Below are positions 57,018 through 64,000 of a stretch of 64,000 nt of DNA, one piece after another. The position numbers were made by a program, and so were the translations under genes. The first letter of the stretch is position 1, and every line of letters starts with the position of its first letter. Source of the stretch: a virus (Duplodnaviria > Heunggongvirae > Uroviricota > Caudoviricetes). Location: the IMG/VR virus record IMGVR_UViG_3300031566_000011, positions 17,625 to 81,624 of that record, one strand, 5' to 3'. Below the pieces are notes generated by a model that worked only from the letters and a program-made list of their open reading frames with translations, was not told the origin of the DNA and did no database searches.

Positions 57018-57191
57018 ATGGCACTACACAAAGACTTTCCAAAAAATAAATTTCAAATATTAGATCCATCAATTAGATGGTTTCCTGCTGATGAAGATTT
57101 AAGAAAAGAAAAAGGTTACGAAAAACTTTTGCCTCCTTTCGTGCCAGAATTACGAAAACAAGTGGCTGATTGGCGAAAACGGAAAAATTAG
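57018..57191 (+). pseudogene. short N-terminal fragment of a helicase/restriction-subunit-like gene (remnant)
   Basis: MALHKDFPKNKFQILDPSIRWFPADEDLRKEKGYEKLLPPFVPELRKQVADWRKRKN*. Resembles, from memory only, the N-termini of helicase subunits encoded after such Mod genes. The ORF ends after 57 aa. Confidence 0.2.
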
Positions 57192-57269
57192 CCTAAAATG
57201 TAATTATAAAGATGGAAAATTAGTTTGAAAATTGGATAATAATTATAAAACCTATTAATACAAAAAATC

Positions 57270-57773
57270 ATGATGGAGAAAAAAATGTCTTTAATACTTT
57301 ATACCTTTTTATTATTTTGTGGCTTACAAAGCTCTTTAATGCTTCCTAATTGGCACATTACGCCTGAGCAAGACACGCAACTTGAATGTAATGTTGATGT
57401 TTTTGATTGGGAGCTTTTATTAGATGCTTTACAAGATAAGGAATCTGATAATATTCCTAATGCAATTAATGTTATAGAAGATGCTGTGGGAATATTACAA
57501 ATAAGACCAATATATTTAAAAGATATAAATAGGATTATAGGATATAAAAGATATACATTAAAAGATAGATATGATATAATAAAATCAAGAGAGATGGTAA
57601 GGATATTTTTTTCATATTATGTAGATGATGAAAATATAAATGAAATTATTGCTATGCACTGTTCTGGACCAAAAGGAAAAGAAAAGTTAAAATATAATAA
57701 GCTCGTGATGCATTATGTTGATGATGTTTTAAAGATAAGAAATAAATTAATTATGGAGAATAAAAATAAATGA
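57270..57773 (+). CDS. hypothetical secreted protein (weak lytic-transglycosylase-like motif)
   Basis: Signal-like N-terminus MSLILYTFLLFCGLQSSLM. …IEDAVGILQIRPIY… loosely resembles the SLT E-S/GLMQ motif. Confidence 0.25.
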   Translation: MMEKKMSLILYTFLLFCGLQSSLMLPNWHITPEQDTQLECNVDVFDWELLLDALQDKESDNIPNAINVIEDAVGILQIRPIYLKDINRIIGYKRYTLKDRYDIIKSREMVRIFFSYYVDDENINEIIAMHCSGPKGKEKLKYNKLVMHYVDDVLKIRNKLIMENKNK

Positions 57774-58828
57774 TAAAATTAATTCATGGTGATTGTTTAA
57801 ATGTTTTAAAAAAGATTGAGAGTGAAAGCATAAACTGTGTAATAACTTCACCACCTTATTGGAATTTAAGAGATTACCAAACAGATTTATGGGAAGGTGG
57901 AAATATAGACTGCGATCATAAAATACCAATTAACGAAGTTGATCCTAAAAATCCGCAAGGCACAAGCCATAATGTAAGATTTATCAAAGAAAATTGTTAT
58001 AAGTGTGGTGCTAAAAGAATAGATAAACAAATTGGATTAGAGTCTGATTTTAGAACATATATTATAAATTTATGTGATATTTTTGATGAGATTAAAAGAA
58101 TATTAAAAAAAGATGGGACATGTTTTGTTAATTTAGGTGATACTTACATGAATAATAGTAGTTATTCAAACAGTGGCAGGCAAGGTTATGGTAACGATAA
58201 AATAGGAATGATTTATAAAAAAGACAATAAGGTATCCGAAAAATCTTTATGCTGTATCCCAGATAGATTTAAAATTGAGATGGTAGATAGAGGATGGATT
58301 TGTCGTAATGAAATTATTTGGAAAAAACCTAATTCTATGCCAAGTTCCGTAAAAGATAGATTTACATGTGACTTTGAGAAAATTTTCTTCTTTACAAAAA
58401 GTAAAAAGTATTGGTTCAAACAACAATTAGAACCATATGTAAAACAAATTAATAGATGGGGTGGAAATAAATTAAAATCAAATGGAAAAAGTGATTGGGA
58501 TAACGGAACTGGACAAAATACTTATAGATATAGAAATTTAAGAACAAATGATAATGGTAGAAATAAACGATGTGTATGGAGTATCCCAACACGTCCTTTT
58601 AAAGGTCAACATTTTGCAACTTTTCCAGAATTACTTATTGATCCAATATTGAAAGCTGGATGCCCAGAAGATGGAATAGTTTTAGATTGTTTTTTTGGTG
58701 CAGGCACAACAGGTGTAGTAGCTAAAAAACAAAACAAAAGGTGTATAGGAATAGAATTAAATAAAGAATATATTAAAATTGCCAAGAAAAGAATTAAAAA
58801 TACACAGGTTCAAGAAGAATTATTTTAA
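57770..58828 (+). CDS. DNA methyltransferase (beta class N4C/N6A)
   Basis: SPPYW (…INCVITSPPYWNLRDY…), HFATFPELL, DCFFGAGTT motifs. 352 aa. ATGA overlap with the previous gene. Confidence 0.7.
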   Translation: MIKLIHGDCLNVLKKIESESINCVITSPPYWNLRDYQTDLWEGGNIDCDHKIPINEVDPKNPQGTSHNVRFIKENCYKCGAKRIDKQIGLESDFRTYIINLCDIFDEIKRILKKDGTCFVNLGDTYMNNSSYSNSGRQGYGNDKIGMIYKKDNKVSEKSLCCIPDRFKIEMVDRGWICRNEIIWKKPNSMPSSVKDRFTCDFEKIFFFTKSKKYWFKQQLEPYVKQINRWGGNKLKSNGKSDWDNGTGQNTYRYRNLRTNDNGRNKRCVWSIPTRPFKGQHFATFPELLIDPILKAGCPEDGIVLDCFFGAGTTGVVAKKQNKRCIGIELNKEYIKIAKKRIKNTQVQEELF

Positions 58829-59094
58829 TGGCTAAAACAACATATGCAAATCTTAAAAAGCTATATACTAGATATAAAATAGCTTTAATATTGCAAAATA
58901 TGCGAGAAAAAAATGGTGCTGAGATAAAAGATGTATCACGATTATTGAAAGTTCCAATTGGAATATTAAGGAATACAGAAGATGGTAACATATATATCAC
59001 TTATGATATAATAAAAAAATATTGTGATTTATTTAATATAGAAATAAAAAGTCATAGATTCTTATCAAAATTTAATGAAAATTTAAAAATATAA
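58828..59094 (+). CDS. XRE-family HTH regulator (possible controller protein)
   Basis: …ALILQNMREKNGAEIKDVSRLLKVPIGILRNTEDGN… HTH_3-like pattern. Start overlaps the methylase stop. Confidence 0.4.
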   Translation: MAKTTYANLKKLYTRYKIALILQNMREKNGAEIKDVSRLLKVPIGILRNTEDGNIYITYDIIKKYCDLFNIEIKSHRFLSKFNENLKI

Positions 59095-59108
59095 AGGAGA
59101 TTAATAAC

Positions 59109-59279
59109 ATGGTAAAAGAAATATTCTTTTTCAGTGATGATTTACAAGAAAGATTAGTTGAAGATCAGATTGATGAGCAAAATTTGGAAGACTTTAAGCA
59201 ATGGCTGATATTAAAAGGCTTTAAAAACGAAATAAAAACAAGCCATTTAAGTAAATATTTAGATGAGGTTTTTAGTTAA
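59109..59279 (+). CDS. hypothetical small acidic protein
   Basis: 56-aa ORF with RBS AAAGGAGATTAAT. Confidence 0.2.
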   Translation: MVKEIFFFSDDLQERLVEDQIDEQNLEDFKQWLILKGFKNEIKTSHLSKYLDEVFS

Positions 59280-59497
59280 TATTTTATTTCTCCTTATGTA
59301 TTTATACTTGAAAGGTATATTTTAATATCTCGCAAGTATAAATATTTTAACATAATTATTAATTATCTTTTTTATATTTTTTTAATATTAATACCTATAT
59401 AATTTAAAACTTTCCTTATTACAAGGCACTAATTTTTTTTAATTTTTGTTTTGTTAGCATTACAACTCCTTTTTGTTTTTTTATTTATTAAAAATAG

Positions 59498-59779
59498 CTA
59501 TCCAGTTAATTCTACTGACAATTCTTCCTTTATATCATTTTGTAATTTTTTGGATAATTCTATAAATTTAATTTCTTTACTTTTAGTATTGTTTTTATTC
59601 CATATTCTTATAGAATTAATTTTTAATGACTCAGGATCTACTCTTGAGCCATCTATTTCTGGATCTTCATCCCATGTATATAAATCTTCATAAGAATAAT
59701 TATTTTCATGGCATATCTGACAATCCCTTTCTCTTTTAAAATCTTTGCTAAATAATGTTAAATCTGTAAATGTTTTCAT
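59498..59779 (-). CDS. hypothetical protein downstream of helicase-nuclease
   Basis: 93-aa ORF, 12-nt gap to the helicase gene. Contains C..C..H motif (CQICHEN). Confidence 0.3.
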   Translation of the reverse strand: MKTFTDLTLFSKDFKRERDCQICHENNYSYEDLYTWDEDPEIDGSRVDPESLKINSIRIWNKNNTKSKEIKFIELSKKLQNDIKEELSVELTG

Positions 59780-59791
59780 TTTTTATTCCTT

Positions 59792-62700
59792 TTATTTTAT
59801 TTTATTCAATATTTTATTTATTTCTTCGTCTTTATTTATATACCAATCTCTCGGATGAATATTTATAATATTCCAACCATTTGATGTGAAAAACATTGAT
59901 TTATAATAATATTGTTCTAGTATACTATTATTTTTATTAGTATTCAAGCAAAAATCTATTCCTAAAACATATTCTTGTTTCTGTTTATCGTATATCGCTA
60001 AATCAATTTCACTTTTAGAAGATCCCAACCCTGAAAATATGCAATATTTATCTTTATCTAAATGATTTAATATATCTTCACTCATTGTTTTTACAATATC
60101 ATCTTTTTTAACATCAACAATATCAAATCCAGATATATCATTTAAAATCACATTAGATAATTTAGTATCATTGTTTGAAATTGCAAAACAATATTGTAAA
60201 TATTTTTTCAATAACCTAGGTGCTAAGTTTTCATTTTTTATTTGTAATTGATTAGGATAGATAGAAGTCACAATATAAATCTTTTGTTTAGCTCTTGTGA
60301 TTGCTACATTTAATCTATTTATTCCACCATCTTGATTAAATGTCCCAAATCTATTATACATCATTCCTTCTCCATCTGGTGCATATCCTACTGAAAATAT
60401 AATAATATCCCTTTCGTCGCCTTGGACATTTTCAATGTTTTTTATAAAAATACTTTTATCTTCATTGTCTTTAATTTTAATTAATTCTTTTTCATAGAGC
60501 TTTTTAAATCCAATATCAACCAATGCCATATCTTCTAATTTATCTATAACTAAATCTCTTTGTGAAGAATTAAATGTTATAATACCTAATGTTTCATCAT
60601 TTTCTCGTTCTTTAAGTATCTTATAAACCAAATCAGCAATTCTTTCGGCTTCTGCCTCGTTTTGCCTTTTTATCCATTTACCATCTATCTTTATCACTTC
60701 TATAGGAGCATGATTTATTTTTAAACTAGGACAAACTTCTAATTTGCAATCATAAAAAGAATGGTTAGAAAAATCTATAAGTTCATTATATTTTGATCTA
60801 TAATGATAATTTAAATGTATGCTAGGATAATTTATTTTTGCAATATCTAGTAAACTTTCTTGTTCAACTGAGGCAATCATTTCTTCTTCATCATCAATTT
60901 CTTCTTTAATTTTGCCAACCTTGTTAGGCTGTAATTGCTTGTCATCACCAGCAATTATTATTACTTTACCTCTGTATATGCTAGGTATAGCTTCCTCAAT
61001 AAACATTTGTGAGGCTTCGTCAAACACAATAACATCAAACAAGTTTTCTTCTAGTGGGAATATATTGGATACATTCTCTTGATTTAATAACCAACAAGGG
61101 AATCTGTTAAAAACTTCATCTTTGAAATTTGTAATAAAATCTCTAATACTCCATAATTGTCTTTGTTTTCCTGCTTGATAAGTAAAATTTTTACTATATT
61201 CATTATTATTTTCAGCACCTAATATGAAGTTAGTTGTTAATCTATTCTTTTTATCTTTAAGCATTTTTAAATCTTGGATAATAAAATTTGTTTGTTCACC
61301 ATTGGATACTTTATATTTTCTTTCTATTGCTTCTATATGATGATTTAAGAATATGTCAATAAAATTATCAACATTAAATTCAAACTCATCCACATCACAT
61401 TTATAACAAATTTCTAAAATATGTTTTATATCATCCTCTACAACACCAGCATCCCAATCAAATAAAGATTTAAATTTTTTGTATGCTTCGTGCATATTAC
61501 CAGCATGTTCCATTGTTTTAAATATATTAAAAACTTCTTTATCCATACCATCCATACATACCTCTAAAGAATATTTATTATCAAATATTGTGTTATAAAT
61601 ATTTACAACATCTGTTAAGTTTTTATAGTTATTTTTGTATGTATTATAATCTTTTTTACAATTAATAACTGCTTTTAATATAAAATTTAACAACTTATAC
61701 CACTTAATACCTTTTAAGCTACCCTTTAAAAGCCCATAGTAAGCTCTGGTGAAGATTATTTTCATTCTATGCTTATTATCCTTCAAATTATAATAAACAT
61801 CCTTAAAGCCTTCATATGACTTTGTATTTGAATATGTAGTTAATTCTACATTTGAGCTATTTAAAGTATTTAAGATTTTGTCTTTATTGTTTATAAATTC
61901 ATTTTTTTTAATTAAATTGAAATCATCCTTTATATATTCGAAGCACGGATTATCTATTAAATTTTTCTTATATTGTAAATAAGGAAATAAATATTTGTTT
62001 TTTATATTTTTTATATTATTCTTTAATGTCTCAAAATTTTTATTTTTATATAAATTTAATATTGAGTCATAATGTGTATCCCCAGCCCTGTCTTGTATAA
62101 ACTCTTTATAAAATCTAAATCTTGGATCTTTTACATTTTCAATTCTATCTGTAATTAAATATATTTCTTTTAAATACAAATCCAATATCATCTCATTGTT
62201 AATGCAAGATAGAGCATTTTCTAATTCTTTTTCATTTTTTTGAATTTCAATTTCTAGTGCATCTATTTCTTGTGACGCTTGATAATTTACTTTATTTCTA
62301 ATATTTAAAACCTTTTGATAAAACTCTTTTTTTCCTTTAAATATATCCGTTATATAGCAAATCTTATCTTGAATAACATTTAATCTATTATATACCACGT
62401 CTAAAGCTGATTTTTTTTGTGAGACCATTAGCACTCTTTTCCCCTTAGCTATATGAGAAGCTATTATATTCACTATAACTTGAGACTTCCCAGTTCCAGC
62501 TGCACCATATATTACTAAGTTGTTTTGCTTATGCGTTTCCTCAACTACTTTATTTTGACTATAATCTAACTCGTTTAAATATAATGGTTTTTTATACAAA
62601 GTATTACATTCCTGTTTTTCATCAGTTGTTACTATTAATTTTCTAAGAGCATCGCTTGTTAAATTTTCTTTATTTTCTAATTCTTCGTAGTCTTCATAAA

Positions 62701-63475
62701 TAGAATTAGAAATTGGGAATTGCCCTAAAACACAATGATTCTTAAAAATAAGTTCATTATTTTTATAAACAGGAGTTTCTTTTTTTGTGTAAGGAATAAA
62801 AGTTTCTATATCATCTCTAACACCAGTATCTTGTATATCTATTCCTAGTTCTTTGTAATAATCTAAAACATTCTTTATAATATCACCATTGAAGTCTAAT
62901 AGATTATCAAAAGATCCTCCATTGATATTTAATTTTATTCCATTATAATGCTCATATCCCTTTATAAATACTTTATTGTGAAGAATATTTTGTGATGAGT
63001 TTATATTTTTTAAATTCCAATCAAAACCGCTCTTTATAATCTCTACTGGGAATAAGAATAAAGGACATCTAATAAATGTTCCATCTCCTAAACACCCCTC
63101 AACAAAAGGATAGCCAACATATAAATTATAAATACCTGTTTCTTTAAGTTTATTATCAACTTCTCGTTTTAAAGATTTTATATTATTATCTAATGCTTTT
63201 ATGGTTTCATCTTCTTTATTTTTAGAGTTAAATAAATGTATGATACTATCTTGCCTATTTATAATTTTTGGTAATATATTTTGTATTTCAGAATTTTTAT
63301 GATACAATAAACTTAAATCAAATGCTTTTGTATTTATAATACGATTTGACTTTAAGCTACGATTTCTACCATCAATACTAATTAATCTTTTTTTATATTT
63401 TTCAAGTATTCCTTTCATTATACACCCACTATTTTTTTTATATTTATTCATTATTCCCACTTTAAATTTTAGCAA
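59792..63475 (-). CDS. SF1 (Upf1/DNA2-like) helicase with C-terminal PD-(D/E)XK / DUF559-like nuclease domain
   Basis: Walker A VIYGAAGTGKSQVIVN. Motif VI-like NRLNVAITRAKQKIYIVTS. C-terminal …SEIDLAIYDKQKQEYVLGIDF…GWNIINIHPRDWYINKDEEINKILNKI endonuclease-like tail. 1227 aa. Confidence 0.6.
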   Translation of the reverse strand: MLKFKVGIMNKYKKNSGCIMKGILEKYKKRLISIDGRNRSLKSNRIINTKAFDLSLLYHKNSEIQNILPKIINRQDSIIHLFNSKNKEDETIKALDNNIKSLKREVDNKLKETGIYNLYVGYPFVEGCLGDGTFIRCPLFLFPVEIIKSGFDWNLKNINSSQNILHNKVFIKGYEHYNGIKLNINGGSFDNLLDFNGDIIKNVLDYYKELGIDIQDTGVRDDIETFIPYTKKETPVYKNNELIFKNHCVLGQFPISNSIYEDYEELENKENLTSDALRKLIVTTDEKQECNTLYKKPLYLNELDYSQNKVVEETHKQNNLVIYGAAGTGKSQVIVNIIASHIAKGKRVLMVSQKKSALDVVYNRLNVIQDKICYITDIFKGKKEFYQKVLNIRNKVNYQASQEIDALEIEIQKNEKELENALSCINNEMILDLYLKEIYLITDRIENVKDPRFRFYKEFIQDRAGDTHYDSILNLYKNKNFETLKNNIKNIKNKYLFPYLQYKKNLIDNPCFEYIKDDFNLIKKNEFINNKDKILNTLNSSNVELTTYSNTKSYEGFKDVYYNLKDNKHRMKIIFTRAYYGLLKGSLKGIKWYKLLNFILKAVINCKKDYNTYKNNYKNLTDVVNIYNTIFDNKYSLEVCMDGMDKEVFNIFKTMEHAGNMHEAYKKFKSLFDWDAGVVEDDIKHILEICYKCDVDEFEFNVDNFIDIFLNHHIEAIERKYKVSNGEQTNFIIQDLKMLKDKKNRLTTNFILGAENNNEYSKNFTYQAGKQRQLWSIRDFITNFKDEVFNRFPCWLLNQENVSNIFPLEENLFDVIVFDEASQMFIEEAIPSIYRGKVIIIAGDDKQLQPNKVGKIKEEIDDEEEMIASVEQESLLDIAKINYPSIHLNYHYRSKYNELIDFSNHSFYDCKLEVCPSLKINHAPIEVIKIDGKWIKRQNEAEAERIADLVYKILKERENDETLGIITFNSSQRDLVIDKLEDMALVDIGFKKLYEKELIKIKDNEDKSIFIKNIENVQGDERDIIIFSVGYAPDGEGMMYNRFGTFNQDGGINRLNVAITRAKQKIYIVTSIYPNQLQIKNENLAPRLLKKYLQYCFAISNNDTKLSNVILNDISGFDIVDVKKDDIVKTMSEDILNHLDKDKYCIFSGLGSSKSEIDLAIYDKQKQEYVLGIDFCLNTNKNNSILEQYYYKSMFFTSNGWNIINIHPRDWYINKDEEINKILNKIK

Positions 63476-63541
63476 TTTTTTTAGCTTCGTCGCTAGAAGA
63501 AGTTGTTATTAAAATTATGCAGTAAATTGAATTCATTTTTT

Positions 63542-63676
63542 CTTATTTGAACCAGCATCATTATTGTTTTGTTTTATTGGTTTAAGATGATCTGTTGGTT
63601 TAATTGTTTTTGATTTTAGATTTTCAGCATATTCAATAACATCTGAATGTTTTTTGTTTTTTTTGTTTGGCATAAC
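63542..63676 (-). CDS. small Lys-rich basic protein (paralogue 1)
   Basis: MPNKKNKKHSDVIEYAENLKSKTIKPTDHLKPIKQNNNDAGSNKK. Shares a K.P..HL.PI motif with the next ORF. Confidence 0.3.
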
Positions 63677-63687
63677 TACATCCTTTA

Positions 63688-63820
63688 TTTTTTTTTATTT
63701 GAGCTATTAGTAGATCGTATTGGATTTAAATGACTAACTGGTTTTTTAGTTGTTGGATTTGTATTTACTCCATTTTTAATAACTGATTCTGATATTACCA
63801 ACTTTTTTTTATTATTCATC
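63688..63820 (-). CDS. small Lys-rich basic protein (paralogue 2)
   Basis: MNNKKKLVISESVIKNGVNTNPTTKKPVSHLNPIRSTNSSNKKK after strong RBS GAGGAGGAAACAG. Track ORF 63685-63885 starts earlier. Confidence 0.3.
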
Positions 63821-63850
63821 TGTTTCCTCCTCATTTTTTTTATATTTTTA

Positions 63851-64000
63851 TTTCTTAAAAAACTCTTTAAATGTATTACTTCCATACTGGTTTTGTGTTA
63901 AATCAATAATTTCTTTTATTGAATACTTTCGTTTTTCCACATTATTTGTTTTTATAAAATCTCTACATCCAAACCCACAAGCCCCAGTTATTGTTCTATA
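63851..64000 (-). CDS. paralogue of LRR-like repeat protein (C-terminal part; continues beyond window)
   Basis: Encodes …TITGACGFGCRDFIKTNNVEKRKYSIKEIIDLTQNQYGSNTFKEFFKK*. About 80% identical to the C-terminus of the 33056-33826 protein, and the DNA is alignable. Confidence 0.4.

Noticed and set aside
1-64000. Genome-wide reassignment of TAG to a sense codon
   Set aside because: TAG is used as the terminal codon of several conserved structural genes (capsid, sheath, chaperone). The two internal TAGs are confined to acquired-looking genes. Not excluded, because each terminal TAG is followed within a few codons by an in-frame TAA. This needs whole-genome statistics.

Overview
AT-rich (about 28-30% GC) window that reads as part of a large contractile-tailed phage or prophage of a low-GC, probably anaerobic host. 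It has three parts.

(i) 1-23.2 kb, + strand: a virion morphogenesis module. It runs from the C-terminal part of an HK97-type major capsid protein through connector/neck proteins, tail sheath, tail tube, a tail chaperone with a -1 frameshift site, tape measure, a Mu/P2-like baseplate gene series, fibre-like proteins and a holin-like protein.

(ii) 23.3-40.9 kb, - strand: a replication/nucleotide-metabolism module. It encodes a primase-helicase, a sliding clamp, a 1625-aa anaerobic ribonucleotide reductase NrdD carrying two LAGLIDADG inteins, a mini NrdG-like radical-SAM protein, a GlyRS-like class II aaRS-like mini-protein, GroES, an HslV-like peptidase, SSB, a RuvC-like nuclease, a DnaD-like initiator and three metallophosphoesterases.

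(iii) 41-63.9 kb: a mosaic accessory island with patches of higher GC. It holds at least four intact DNA methyltransferases plus three decayed ones. It also holds an IS605-family TnpB element with matching end hairpins, an IS607-like TnpA interrupted by an in-frame TAG, an SPFH protein, a GHKL-ATPase/PD-(D/E)XK nuclease next to a deleted Mod-like methylase, and a 1227-aa SF1 helicase-nuclease.

The most unusual content in that island is a set of tRNA-derived RNA loci. One is an apparently circularly permuted tRNA-Ile(GAU)-like gene flanked by an 11-bp inverted repeat. Two are related ~160-nt tRNA-like genes carrying ~90-nt internal inserts. One is an orphan tRNA-Asn 5' half fused to a methylase fragment.

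All calls are from reading the sequence and ORF translations by eye. No database searches or folding programs were run.
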